From: Microcystaceae cyanobacterium
Lineage (GTDB): Bacteria > Cyanobacteriota > Cyanobacteriia > Cyanobacteriales > Microcystaceae
Assembly (NCBI GenBank): GCA_041746575.1
Contig: JBGTGT010000069.1
Span: 1-35,534 of the forward strand
Direction: 5' to 3'
Length of the DNA: 35,534 nt
The translations under genes and the position numbers were made by a program. This document shows, piece by piece, positions 1 through 10,938 of the stretch. The notes under the pieces were generated by a model. It worked only from the letters and a program-made list of their open reading frames with translations, did not search any database and was not told the origin of the DNA. Every line of letters begins with the position of its first letter. Position 1 is the stretch's first letter.

Positions 1-138
1 GATTACTGTTTCCCCGCATCTGGTCTTTAGAGTCGATCTTGCATTGGTCATTTTGGCGCAGAACCCATCAGGCTGTAGCTCGCTATTATCACTACTGCAA
101 ACGTGCCCAAGCCCCCTAATTTCTATCTACAACTGTAG
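1..138 (+). mobile_element. Right end of an IS701-family insertion sequence (boundary approximate)
   Basis: The transposase stop at 117-119 is followed by TATCTACAACTGTAG (124-138), which resembles IS701-type termini as I recall them. The left end is outside the window. Confidence 0.55.
3..119 (+). CDS. 3' end of IS701-family transposase (partial, runs off the window start)
   Basis: Frame 3 reads LLFPRIWSLESILHWSFWRRTHQAVARYYHYCKRAQAP*. The W-S-x-W-R-R-x-H-Q-x-x-A-x-x-x-H-Y motif is the typical IS701-type transposase C-terminus. Not in the ORF track. Confidence 0.75.
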   Translation, partial: LLFPRIWSLESILHWSFWRRTHQAVARYYHYCKRAQAP

Positions 139-156
139 AGCGGAGTCAGCAAGGTG

Positions 157-432
157 CTAATCGTTGTCCCAGATTTCAGAGGCAATTAAGTCTCCGATTT
201 GATCTCTCAACAGATAGTCGCATTGTTCGAGTTCACATTCAACGCAGAGCCACTCACGAGGCGGAATGTACTGGCAGAGAACATAAATAGGTTGATGACG
301 ACTAACAACTCCTTGTTCCACTAAATGACGGACTTCATCTTTGATGACGTTGATAGAGTAATGAGTTGGAGTTGAAGATGTGGCAGGTGATGCTAAGGTG
401 CTAAGGCTCATGGGAGATATACCTAGACTCAA
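157..432 (-). CDS. DUF4327-family small cyanobacterial protein
   Basis: YSINVIKDEVRHLVEQGVVSRHQPIY...EWLCVECELEQCDYLLRDQIGDLIASEIWDND matches the DUF4327 pattern. The start may be the ATG at 411 rather than the TTG at 432. Confidence 0.8.
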   Translation of the reverse strand: MSLGISPMSLSTLASPATSSTPTHYSINVIKDEVRHLVEQGVVSRHQPIYVLCQYIPPREWLCVECELEQCDYLLRDQIGDLIASEIWDND

Positions 433-489
433 ATTAAGGTCTAAAACTAATATAATCTAATTTTTAGATAGAGGGAAGGGCTTCGCTGC

Positions 490-505
490 TGTATCTCAGA
501 TTACA
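490..505. promoter_or_regulatory. NtcA box upstream of the DUF4327 gene
   Basis: TGTA-TCTCAGAT-TACA is a perfect TGTA-N8-TACA. Confidence 0.6.
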
Positions 506-589
506 TTTTATTGCGTTTTTGGACGAAACCCTTTTAGGCTCTTCTAAGAATTGTAACAAAAGCGACGAAAACCCATCATGGATCAGGGG

Positions 590-619
590 TTGACGAAGGT
601 AGATTCATTCTGCTATGCT
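590..619 (+). promoter_or_regulatory. Putative sigma70-type promoter facing the 3' end of the Uma2 pseudogene
   Basis: TTGACG (590-595), 18-nt spacer, TATGCT (614-619) with an extended -10 TG at 611-612. Confidence 0.4.
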
Positions 620-688
620 GACAATCGGCCATTTTGCAAATAATGAATTTCGATACATGGCAGGGGGATTGATAAGCAATTCAAAAGG

Positions 689-1273
689 TTAGGACGATGC
701 CTTTTCTGCAAGCGTGTCAAAAGTGACATCTTCACAGAGATCATCTAGTATTTCTGTAAAATCAAGACTTTTCAGGGTAAATATTTTATGTTCTGAAGCA
801 TAATTTTCTAAAATCCACAATCCCTCGCTATTTCTGCTAAGGCATTCTACTCGCTGACGTTTACTATTAATCAAGACATATTCTTCTAAGCTCTGATAGT
901 CAATCAATTTATCTCCTTGGTCAAGGCTTCGGTAGAATCAGAAAGGACTTCGATAATCAGCTTAAGGTAACGTTTATAAGTACTTGTCTGTCGCTCTTTC
1001 TCCTCATCAGTTACTAAGATATTAGGATAGTAAAAACGGTTAAAGTTTTCCCGTCTGACTTTCAGATCTCAAATCTACACCCGACACCCTGAACTCTGAC
1101 ATAATTTCGCCATAAAGATCCACTGCAATAGTATAGTAACGTGAACATCAGATGCGCCGGCCATGGCATAGACTTTTCCGTCAAGCAAGGTATTCATGCT
1201 TAACGCGGCTACCTTCTTCTGATTTTAGGTATTCTTCGAGAGTCATTTGGGAAAATTGAGGAGAAGCAATCAT
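689..1273 (-). pseudogene. Uma2-family (PD-(D/E)XK) endonuclease pseudogene
   Basis: The minus strand from ATG 1273 reads MIASPQFSQMTLEEYLKSEEGSRVKHEYL / DGKVYAMAGASDVH...FYYPNILVT...KLIIEVLSDSTEA / DQGDKLIDYQSLEEYVLI. It is broken by a 4-bp duplication (CAAGCAAG 1182-1189), in-frame stops at 1075-1077 and 1069-1071, and a 1-nt deletion near 923. Track ORF 689..907 is its C-terminal remnant. Confidence 0.88.
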
Positions 1274-1836
1274 AATTAGAATCGAAGTGCAGGTTATGAG
1301 ATTTTATCAAGTATTAGAAACTGAATCTCGTCTTTTTTCAACTTTACAACAACTATTGTCTTAAGGAATTTTGACGACAGACTAAAAATTAATAATTCTT
1401 CACTAAAATCTTTTTACCCCTCTATTCCTCATGACAATAATGCTTTAGATGGCAATTTCCTCTAGATAACCATTGACTTTTATCCATCAAAAAGATTGAT
1501 CAAATTCAGGGATAATCCCTAAAATCCTTTAAATTTCGTTCATCTCTTGTGGTTAACTAAGTTCATGGACTGGGTTGCCTCTTGATTTTTGTGTATTGTT
1601 CTTATTTATAAATAATAAAACATACAAATTTGATTTAGTGATTTTTTAAACCAAAAAAGAAAACTTTTAGCTATATTACTCTTTAAAAATCTAATTTATT
1701 TCAATTTTCTCTGACTTAATAGAGAATTTAATTTTGAAAGCCCTTTTTTTTTGTCAAAACTTAGACCATAATGCGAGCAGTACCCAAGCAATCTTATTTC
1801 AAATTTCTTAATTCAGACCCTTAGGAGAATTCAATC

Positions 1837-2706
1837 ATGACATTAACACTAGCCGTTTATGGAAAAGGTGGTATCGGAAAATCAACCACAAGCTGTAACA
1901 TTTCCACCGCTTTAGCTAAAAGAGGCAAAAAAGTCCTACAAATTGGCTGTGATCCCAAACATGATAGTACATTTACCCTAACTGGCTTTCTGATTCCTAC
2001 CATCATTGACACGCTACAAGAAAAAGATTTTCATTATGAAGATATTTGGCCAGAAGATGTTATTTATAAAGGATATGCTGGTGTTGACTGTGTGGAAGCA
2101 GGAGGACCACCCGCCGGTGCCGGTTGTGGGGGTTATGTTGTCGGAGAAACGGTCAAATTACTCAAAGAATTGAATGCGTTTGATGAATATGACGTTATTC
2201 TCTTTGATGTTCTTGGTGACGTGGTTTGTGGGGGATTTGCCGCGCCGCTTAACTATGCAGACTATTGTTTAATTGTCACAGACAATGGGTTTGATGCCTT
2301 ATTTGCCGCCAATCGTATCGCCGCCTCTGTGCGAGAAAAAGCACGTACCCATTCTTTACGTCTAGCGGGATTAATTGGGAATCGTACCTCAAAACGGGAT
2401 TTAATTGATAAATATATCTCTCACGTTGCGATGCCAGTTTTAGAGATTTTACCCTTAATTGAAGATATTCGGGTATCACGGGTAAAAGGGAAAACCTTGT
2501 TTGAGATGGCGGATAATGATTCTTCCTTGAATTATGTTTGTGATTACTATCTAAATATTGCTGATCAAATCTTAGCATTGCCCGAAGGGGTTATTCCTAG
2601 TGAAGCACAAGATCGCGAATTATTTACGCTCTTGTCTGACTTCTATCTTAATCCTGTTAAACCAACGGTTTCTGCTGAAGAAGAAATGGATTTAATGATG
2701 GTTTAA
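1837..2706 (+). CDS. chlL: Light-independent protochlorophyllide reductase iron-sulfur ATP-binding subunit L
   Basis: [12 protein letters not shown]-loop, [17 protein letters not shown] and [19 protein letters not shown]. Directly upstream of chlN. Confidence 0.98.
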   Translation: MTLTLAVYGKGGIGKSTTSCNISTALAKRGKKVLQIGCDPKHDSTFTLTGFLIPTIIDTLQEKDFHYEDIWPEDVIYKGYAGVDCVEAGGPPAGAGCGGYVVGETVKLLKELNAFDEYDVILFDVLGDVVCGGFAAPLNYADYCLIVTDNGFDALFAANRIAASVREKARTHSLRLAGLIGNRTSKRDLIDKYISHVAMPVLEILPLIEDIRVSRVKGKTLFEMADNDSSLNYVCDYYLNIADQILALPEGVIPSEAQDRELFTLLSDFYLNPVKPTVSAEEEMDLMMV

Positions 2707-2740
2707 ATAGTGAATCTTAACGTTCACCAAACAATTGAAA

Positions 2741-2762
2741 GGGGTTAACCGCGTTAATCCCC
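2741..2762. repeat. Intergenic hairpin (REP-like) between chlL and chlN
   Basis: GGGGTTAAC-CGC-GTTAATCCCC followed by TAC. A second hairpin, GGCATAAT-ATC-ATTATGTC, follows at about 2783-2801. Confidence 0.4.
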
Positions 2763-2833
2763 TACAATAGAACCCTTGCAGAGGCATAATATCATTATGT
2801 CCAGTTCAATAATCTAAAATCCAAAATTATTAA

Positions 2834-4255
<1,422 letters not shown>

Positions 4256-4282
4256 CGTTTTTTGAGCTAAATTATGAGAATT

Positions 4283-4303
4283 AGGGTGGGTTATCCCCAC
4301 CTT
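4283..4303. terminator. Probable bidirectional terminator between convergent chlN and cysA
   Basis: GGTGGG-TTATC-CCCACC stem-loop with AT-rich flanks. Confidence 0.55.
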
Positions 4304-4338
4304 ATTTTGTAAGAAGTAAACAAGAGAGCTAACTGGCT

Positions 4339-5355
4339 TTAAGATGCTTGTAAAAAGGGAAAAGAGCGAGTTTTACGGAGTTTAACAAAGATTTTCTGTC
4401 CAGACGACAAATTTAAGTGAGTAAATTGTTCTCGACTCAAATGAGCAACCACGTCATGACCATCGGGTAAGCGAATTTCTGTCTGAATTTCCCAACCTAA
4501 GTGCGTAATACGTTGAATTATTCCCCATGTTCCTTGACCGTCAGCAGAAGGACAAATGGTAATTTCATGAGGACGAATAAACACCTCAGAAGTAGCAATA
4601 CTATCCACACATTGAGATAATAAATGAGCATTACTAGGTAAGATATTGACTTCTCCGACGAAACGGATGACAAAAGGACTAGCAGGATGGTCATAAATGT
4701 CTGTTGGCGTGCCAATTTGTTCAATTTTTCCTTGATTCATCACGACAATCTCATCAGCGACAGCCATGGCTTCTTCTTGATCATGAGTCACAAAAACGCT
4801 CGTCAAATGCACCTCATCGTGGAGACGACGCAACCATGTGCGTAATTCCTTTCTGACTTGAGCATCGAGTGCGCCGAAAGGTTCATCTAATAATAATACT
4901 TCTGGTTGTACGGCTAAAGCACGGGCTAAGGCTACCCGTTGCCGTTGCCCGCCAGAAAGTTGAGCAGGGTAGCGATCGCCAAATCCCTGTAATTGAATTA
5001 AGTCTAGGAGTTCTTCAACCTGTTTTTTGATCCAATGGGGCTTTTTTTTGCGAATTTCCAGTCCAAAAGCGATATTTTGACGAACTGTTAAATGTTTAAA
5101 AAGGGCATAATGTTGAAATACAAAGCCGATATTGCGCCGACGAATGTCTAAATAAGTGGTATCTCGACCATTAATGAGGATTTTACCCGTATCAGGCGGT
5201 TCTAGTCCGGCAATTGCCCGTAGAAGGGTGGATTTGCCCGAACCAGAGGGACCCAGAAGGGCAACCAGTTTACCCGGTTTAATCTCTAGATTGAGGTTAC
5301 TAAGGGCTGAAAAATTGCCAAATTGCTTAGAAACGTTGTGAATTAGAATGCTCAT
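4339..5355 (-). CDS. cysA: Sulfate/thiosulfate ABC transporter ATP-binding protein
   Basis: GPSGSGKST Walker A, LSGGQRQR signature, [12 protein letters not shown]-terminal TOBE-like domain, and operon context. Confidence 0.96.
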   Translation of the reverse strand: MSILIHNVSKQFGNFSALSNLNLEIKPGKLVALLGPSGSGKSTLLRAIAGLEPPDTGKILINGRDTTYLDIRRRNIGFVFQHYALFKHLTVRQNIAFGLEIRKKKPHWIKKQVEELLDLIQLQGFGDRYPAQLSGGQRQRVALARALAVQPEVLLLDEPFGALDAQVRKELRTWLRRLHDEVHLTSVFVTHDQEEAMAVADEIVVMNQGKIEQIGTPTDIYDHPASPFVIRFVGEVNILPSNAHLLSQCVDSIATSEVFIRPHEITICPSADGQGTWGIIQRITHLGWEIQTEIRLPDGHDVVAHLSREQFTHLNLSSGQKIFVKLRKTRSFPFLQAS

Positions 5356-5378
5356 GCTGTTTTCTCCTTCAATAAAAG

Positions 5379-6209
5379 CTAGATGACTGTTTTGTGAGCG
5401 GTACGACGTTCGAGCATTTCCTTAAGAATAAGAGAGACAATGGCTAATAAAGCCAGAATGACTGCCGCACTAAAAGCCGCTTCAGTTTGATAATTTTTGT
5501 AAGCTAATTCCACAAAAATAGGTAAAGTAGCAGTTTTCCCTAGAATACTACCTGAAACCACGGCAACTGCGCCAAATTCCCCCATCGCCCGCGCATTGGT
5601 GAGCAAAACCCCATAAAGTAAGCCCCAACGGATACTCGGTAGGGTAATCCGCCAGAAAATTTGCCAATCCGTTGCACCTAGTGTCCTAGCGGCTTCTTCT
5701 TGCTCTGCTCCCATTTCTTCTAAAACTGGAATGACTTCACGAGCAACAAAAGGTAAAGTAACAAAAAGAGTCGCTAAAATCATACCGGGCAAGGCGAAAA
5801 TAACTTTTGCGCCAATTTGTTCTAATATTAAACCAAACCAGCTGTTTCGACCATAGACTAATACCAACATTAAACCCGCCACCACAGGAGAAATCGAAAA
5901 AGGAAGATCAATTATACTTATTAATAGGGTTCGTCCTCGAAAGCGTTTACGCGCTAACACCCAAGCAGTACACAAGCCAAATAGCGTATTAAGCGGAACG
6001 ACAATGGCTGTAATCAATAAAGTTAACTGAATAGCAATGAGAAAGTCCGGCTGTTGAATAGCTTCCAAAAAAGGTTCTATTCCTTGATGTAAGGCTTCAT
6101 AAAAAGCGGCAATGGCAGGAATAAATAAGATTAAAAACAGGTAAGTAATGGCTAGGCTAATTAAAGCTAAGGGAATATATTTACCGAGGGACATCTTTGG
6201 TATTTTCAT
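5379..6209 (-). CDS. cysW: Sulfate ABC transporter permease CysW
   Basis: [32 protein letters not shown] loop, [12 protein letters not shown]. Confidence 0.95.
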   Translation of the reverse strand: MKIPKMSLGKYIPLALISLAITYLFLILFIPAIAAFYEALHQGIEPFLEAIQQPDFLIAIQLTLLITAIVVPLNTLFGLCTAWVLARKRFRGRTLLISIIDLPFSISPVVAGLMLVLVYGRNSWFGLILEQIGAKVIFALPGMILATLFVTLPFVAREVIPVLEEMGAEQEEAARTLGATDWQIFWRITLPSIRWGLLYGVLLTNARAMGEFGAVAVVSGSILGKTATLPIFVELAYKNYQTEAAFSAAVILALLAIVSLILKEMLERRTAHKTVI

Positions 6210-6298
6210 GGTTTTGTTGCACGATTATTCGGTTTATAAGAAACCGTTTAGGGTGTGTTTTTAGGAGCTAAAATTCTTAGAACTTATTCAGGGAATAA

Positions 6299-7138
6299 TT
6301 ATTTAATTTGATAACGTTGTCCCCATTGTTGTAAGCCGTTAATCACGAATAACATTGACAAAGAAACTAACATTAAAACGGTGCCAATGACCGTTGCTCC
6401 TACATAATCATATTGTTCTAAGCGTTGAAATACTAAAACGGGAGCAATTAAATCTTTAAAAGGAATATTAGAAGCCACAATGACGACTGAGCCATATTCG
6501 CCAATGGCACGAGAAAAGCCTAAAGCAACCCCTGTTAAAATCGGTGGAATTAAAGGAGGAAAAATGACTCGCCAAAAGGTTTGCCATGAGTTTGCCCCTA
6601 ATACCCAAGCTGCCTCTTCCAACTCAGGTTCTAATTCTTGTAAAACGGGTTGTAAAGTTCTCACCACAAAGGGTAAAGAAATAAACAACATGGCGACAAA
6701 AACCCCTAATCGAGTAAAGGCAATTTTAAGACCAAAAGGGGCAAAGAATTGACCAATCCACCCCTGTTGACTATAAACCGTTGCTAAAACTAGACCCGCA
6801 ACAGAGGTAGGTAACGCAAAGGGCAAATCAATACAAGCGTCAATCAATTTTCGACCGGGAAAACGATATCGAACGAAGACCCATGCGACTAATGTACCCA
6901 TCACACCGTTAAGGATTCCTGCCAGTAAAGACGTTACAAAAGTGACATTATAGGCAGATAAAGCAACAGAATCAGTGGCAATTTTCCAAAATGTACCTAA
7001 TCCTAAGGTCAAAGATTTTGTCATTAAAGCAGTTGTAGGCACTGCCAATAAGATCACTAAATAGCTAATGGTTACGACCCAAGGAATAGATAAAGAAAGA
7101 GAACGTTGTCTACGACTTTTTACAGGAATAACTGTCAT
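6299..7138 (-). CDS. cysT: Sulfate ABC transporter permease CysT
   Basis: DLPFALPTSVAGL, PFVVRTLQPVL, EEAAWVLGA, SRAIGEYGSV. Confidence 0.95.
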   Translation of the reverse strand: MTVIPVKSRRQRSLSLSIPWVVTISYLVILLAVPTTALMTKSLTLGLGTFWKIATDSVALSAYNVTFVTSLLAGILNGVMGTLVAWVFVRYRFPGRKLIDACIDLPFALPTSVAGLVLATVYSQQGWIGQFFAPFGLKIAFTRLGVFVAMLFISLPFVVRTLQPVLQELEPELEEAAWVLGANSWQTFWRVIFPPLIPPILTGVALGFSRAIGEYGSVVIVASNIPFKDLIAPVLVFQRLEQYDYVGATVIGTVLMLVSLSMLFVINGLQQWGQRYQIK

Positions 7139-7158
7139 AATTAATTATTAATTACTAT

Positions 7159-8187
7159 TTACTTTTTATTAATTTTTAAGAGGATTTTGTCAAAGGTTGC
7201 TCCTTCTTCAAAGAAGTCTTTTTGCACCTTATTCCAGCCGCCTAAATCTTTAACCGTAAAGAGATTTTTAATGGCTGGATATTGCTGAGAGAATTCTTGA
7301 GCAACGGCAGCATCGACCGGACGAAAACCCACTTTTGCAAATTCTTTTTGTGCTTCAGGGGTAAAGAGAAAATTGACAAAGGCTTCTGCTACCTCTCTTG
7401 TGCCATGTTTATCAACATTTTTATCAACAACTGCCACAGGATTATCAATCGAAATATTCCGGTCAGTTGGCACAAGAAACGCCGTTTTATTACCTTTTTG
7501 TTGGGCTAAGATCACTTCATTTTCGTAGTTCATTAAGACATTTCCCTGTCCTTGTTTATAAAAAACATCGCTGGATTCACGAGCATCTTTGGGCAAAACA
7601 GGCGCATTTTTAAAGACATTTGCAACATATTCTTGAGCTTTTGCTTCTGTTCCCCCTTCTTGCGTAACTGCTCCCCATAACGCTAAAAAATTCCATCTTG
7701 CGCCTCCAGAGGTTTTAGGATTGGCGGTAATAATTTGGATATCTGCACGCGTCAAATCTTGCCATCCTTTAATCTTGACCGTTTCATCACGAGGGACGAG
7801 GGCAACGACCGATTTATGGACGATGGATTCATTAGACAGTTCTTTCTCCCATCCTTTATCAATTAACCCTGCTTTTTCGATTTTTTGAGTATCTAGGGCT
7901 AACGCGAGGGCAACCACGTCCGCTTCTAACCCATCAATCACCGCACGCGTTTGTGAACCCGAACCCCCATAACTTTGTTCAAATACTACGGTTTGACCGG
8001 TCATTTCTTTCCATTGCTTTGTAAATTTAGGAATAATCTGCTCATAGGCACTCTGAGTTACTGCATAGGAAACTAACGTCAATTTGATCGGCTTTTCATT
8101 TTTTGGAATCGGAGAACAAGCGGCGATCGCACCACTGATGACGATTCCTAACAGGGGATAACCCAATAAGCGCAAAGGTTTCAGCAT
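7159..8187 (-). CDS. sbpA: Sulfate ABC transporter substrate-binding lipoprotein
   Basis: QSYGGSGSQTRAVIDGLEADVV and NPKTSGGARWNFLA. N-terminal signal peptide with lipobox IAAC. Confidence 0.95.
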   Translation of the reverse strand: MLKPLRLLGYPLLGIVISGAIAACSPIPKNEKPIKLTLVSYAVTQSAYEQIIPKFTKQWKEMTGQTVVFEQSYGGSGSQTRAVIDGLEADVVALALALDTQKIEKAGLIDKGWEKELSNESIVHKSVVALVPRDETVKIKGWQDLTRADIQIITANPKTSGGARWNFLALWGAVTQEGGTEAKAQEYVANVFKNAPVLPKDARESSDVFYKQGQGNVLMNYENEVILAQQKGNKTAFLVPTDRNISIDNPVAVVDKNVDKHGTREVAEAFVNFLFTPEAQKEFAKVGFRPVDAAVAQEFSQQYPAIKNLFTVKDLGGWNKVQKDFFEEGATFDKILLKINKK

Positions 8188-8347
8188 TTTCGATTACTCT
8201 TCATAAATCTTAAATTTGTCTCTCAAGGAGATTGTATATGAAGTTTAAAAAAAATTCAATACATTTTCGATGCGTTTTCAATTAAAATTCAGAATTTACT
8301 GAATGGTGCCATGATAGAAATGGAAAACTAAGATAGTTAAAGTAATC

Positions 8348-9142
8348 ATGGCAAAATCCACCCAAAAGCCTGATTTAAGTCTCTTACAATCGCTAATTCA
8401 GCATAATTTTCTCTTTCGAGAAATGGATGAAGCAGAGTTAAGCCACTATCTTGAGCCAGATAACCTCAAACCCGAAAAACTCTTTTCTAACCGTCCGATT
8501 TATACGGCTTTTCGTCCCCATCAATATATTGACGGCTTATATGTCATGCTAGATGAAGGATTCGTGATTATCCGTAGCGCGCCCCTTGACCGTATTATTT
8601 CAATTACCTATCCCGGCAGTTGTTTTGGCATTCGCAGTCTTCCCTTAAGCTTTGGTTTAGCAGTGCAAGGATTTCCCAGTTTAGTTGAAGCGTACAAAAC
8701 GACGCATGTCCTTAAAATTCCCGTCGCCATTCTTAAGAAAATCTATGAAGAGAGCGAGGTATTTCGCCAAAGATATCATTTATTATTTGAACTGAGAGAA
8801 AAATTTCAATATCATCTGCTCAATTGCAGTACCTATCCCCCTCAAGCTGTTGCTTCTCTTTTGAGAGCTTTAATCTATCAAGAAAGGGAATTAGGCAACC
8901 AACCCAACAACAAGGGCGTCTATGAATTTGACCTTCCCGTGGATGTGATTGCTCGTGCCTGTCAACTCAATCAGCGTACGGTAGAACAGGTATTAAAAGC
9001 AATGCAAAAGGTCGGATTAGTGGCTCCTGCTAAAAATACGGAAATATCTGCCGATTTTATTTGTGTAATTGACCCAGAAGGACTCAAAGAGGTTTATAGT
9101 GCCACGAGAGATAAAGTGCTTTGGTGGCCATTGCGTTCGTAA
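8348..9142 (+). CDS. Crp/Fnr-family transcriptional regulator (CysR-like by context)
   Basis: N-terminal cNMP-binding-like beta-roll and C-terminal winged HTH (LPVDVIARACQLNQRTVEQVLKAMQKVGLV). Divergent from the sulfate operon. Confidence 0.8.
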   Translation: MAKSTQKPDLSLLQSLIQHNFLFREMDEAELSHYLEPDNLKPEKLFSNRPIYTAFRPHQYIDGLYVMLDEGFVIIRSAPLDRIISITYPGSCFGIRSLPLSFGLAVQGFPSLVEAYKTTHVLKIPVAILKKIYEESEVFRQRYHLLFELREKFQYHLLNCSTYPPQAVASLLRALIYQERELGNQPNNKGVYEFDLPVDVIARACQLNQRTVEQVLKAMQKVGLVAPAKNTEISADFICVIDPEGLKEVYSATRDKVLWWPLRS

Positions 9143-9149
9143 AAAGTTG

Positions 9150-9225
9150 ATCTGAAGCAATTTTGTTAAAGCAAGTCGAATCGTTGAATAAAGAATCCTC
9201 ACACTTCTAGGGCGAGGAGTGTCAA
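9150..9225 (+). mobile_element. Orphan right end of an IS200/IS605-family (tnpB-type) element
   Basis: ...GCAAGTCGAATCGTTGAATAAAGAATCCTCACACTTCTAGGGCGAGGAGTGTCAA has the GAATCC-hairpin-GGAGTGTCAA architecture of cyanobacterial IS605/IS1341 right ends. No tnpA or tnpB is present. Left boundary approximate. Confidence 0.7.
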
Positions 9226-9280
9226 CCCTGTAATGAGATAATAAAAAATAATCTTAAAATTATTATAGAGAGGTTTGTGC

Positions 9281-10267
9281 GTGAACGAGCAAATTCGGGT
9301 CGGAATTTTAGGTTTTGGAGGATTAGGGCAAGCGGCGGCAAGAGTGCTTCAGCTTAAACAAGAAATGCGCTGGATTGCGGCGGCAGATAAGCAAGGTTAT
9401 ATTTACAACGTCGACGGCTTAGACCCCGATCAGATCATCCCCCGTTACCATCAAAAAGGATCAGTGGGGTACGTTGATCCTTTTGGAACAATCAGTCAAG
9501 ATAGTATCGCAGAATTAATCCAAAACGCCCCAGTAGAGGGCTATTTTCTGGCTTTACCCAATTTACCCAATACCTTCATGGCTGATGTCGCTAAAATGTT
9601 CATTGCCTCAGGATGGCAAGGGGTATTAGTGGATGCCTTAAAGCGTACCAGTGCGGTAGAACAATTATTAACCCTGCAAAATGACTTGAAAGACGCAGGA
9701 ATTACTTATTTAACCGGATGTGGTGCAACCCCCGGCTTACTAACCGCCGCCGCTGTCATTGCCGCCCAAAGCTACGCCGAGATTCACAGCGTCAAAATCA
9801 CCTTTGGTGTAGGAATTGCTAACTGGGAAGCCTATCGTGCCACCATTCGCGAAGATATTGCTCATTTACCCGACTTTGACCTTGAAACAGCAATGGCAAT
9901 GAGTGACAAAGACATTTCTGCCTTATTAGACACAACCAACGGAATTCTGGCTTTAGAAAATATGGAACACGCCGATGATATTATGCTGGAATTAGCCGGT
10001 ATTTGTTCGAGAGAGCAAGTAACCGTAGGAGGAATTGTTGATACCCGTAACCCCCAAAAACCCTTAAGCACAAATGTACAAGTCACAGGACGAACCTTTG
10101 AGGGCAAAATCTCCACCCATACCTTTACGTTAGGAGATGAAACCAGTATGGCGGCCAACGTTTGTGGACCTGCTTTCGGTTACTTGAAGTCCGGTATTTC
10201 TTTACATCAAAAAGAGCTTTATGGCCTAGTCACCGCCGCCGAGATCATGCCCAAATTTGTACGTTAA
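9281..10267 (+). CDS. bioU: BioU, single-turnover biotin biosynthesis enzyme (saccharopine-dehydrogenase-like)
   Basis: GILGFGGLG Rossmann motif, [26 protein letters not shown] (amino-donor Lys), [10 protein letters not shown] and a C-terminal MPKFVR, all as I recall for Synechocystis Slr0355. The GTG start at 9281 is favoured by the GAGG 7 nt upstream. Confidence 0.9.
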   Translation: MNEQIRVGILGFGGLGQAAARVLQLKQEMRWIAAADKQGYIYNVDGLDPDQIIPRYHQKGSVGYVDPFGTISQDSIAELIQNAPVEGYFLALPNLPNTFMADVAKMFIASGWQGVLVDALKRTSAVEQLLTLQNDLKDAGITYLTGCGATPGLLTAAAVIAAQSYAEIHSVKITFGVGIANWEAYRATIREDIAHLPDFDLETAMAMSDKDISALLDTTNGILALENMEHADDIMLELAGICSREQVTVGGIVDTRNPQKPLSTNVQVTGRTFEGKISTHTFTLGDETSMAANVCGPAFGYLKSGISLHQKELYGLVTAAEIMPKFVR

Positions 10268-10500
10268 TCGCCTTAGACTTAACCGATTTTGTTTTTAGTC
10301 AAGTTATCCGAAAATTTGACGGAACGAGTCAAGTCATAAATCTCCTCTAAATTATAACAACGCAAACAAATTTAAAAACAGTCGAGGTACAGCGTTATCG
10401 TATCGCCTCAATATCAGCCTTTGAATAGGGTTCAATCCCTTTCCCCACTTGTTAATTTATAATAGATTCAGATCCATCAGGAGCAATCATTCAATTTACT

Positions 10501-10938
10501 ATGAGCTTACCGCCCCACTTAGAACGCCTTGTTGAACGCTTTAAACGGAAAACTGACCCCAAAAAACGCTACGAACAACTGTTATGGTATGCCAAAAAGC
10601 TAGAACCCATGCCAGAGCCTAGTAAAACCCCTGAAAATAAGGTCAGTGGCTGTGTTTCCCAAGTTTATATTACCGCCGATTATCAAGACGGCAAAGTCTG
10701 GTATAAAGGGGATTCTGATGCGCAACTGGTGAAGGGATTGGTGGCTTTTTTGATTGAAGGATTGAACGGCTTAACCCCAGAAGAAATTATTGCCGTTGCC
10801 CCCGATTTTATCGAAGAAACGGGTCTAAAAGTCAGTTTAACCCCTTCCCGCGCGAACGGATTTTATAACATCTTTAAAATGATGCAAACAAAAGCCATGG
10901 GGTTCAAACTGGGAGCAATGGTGCATTCAGAAGCATAA
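10501..10938 (+). CDS. sufE: SufE-family cysteine desulfuration (sulfur acceptor) protein
   Basis: KVSGCVSQV active Cys, GDSDAQLVKGL, LTPSRANGF. Confidence 0.95.
   Translation: MSLPPHLERLVERFKRKTDPKKRYEQLLWYAKKLEPMPEPSKTPENKVSGCVSQVYITADYQDGKVWYKGDSDAQLVKGLVAFLIEGLNGLTPEEIIAVAPDFIEETGLKVSLTPSRANGFYNIFKMMQTKAMGFKLGAMVHSEA

Noticed and set aside
689..907. 72-aa ORF as an independent gene
   Set aside because: It is the C-terminal fragment of the Uma2 pseudogene.
1274..1836. Hidden gene in the 560-bp very AT-rich region upstream of chlL
   Set aside because: No ORF of 60 aa or more and no convincing structure. Consistent with a promoter region.
4985..4993. CCCTGTAAT in cysA matches the first 9 nt of the would-be guide after the IS605 right end (9226 onward), suggesting RNA-guided targeting of cysA
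   Set aside because: Only 9 nt match, which is plausible by chance in 35 kb. The scaffold is truncated and there is no TnpB in the window.
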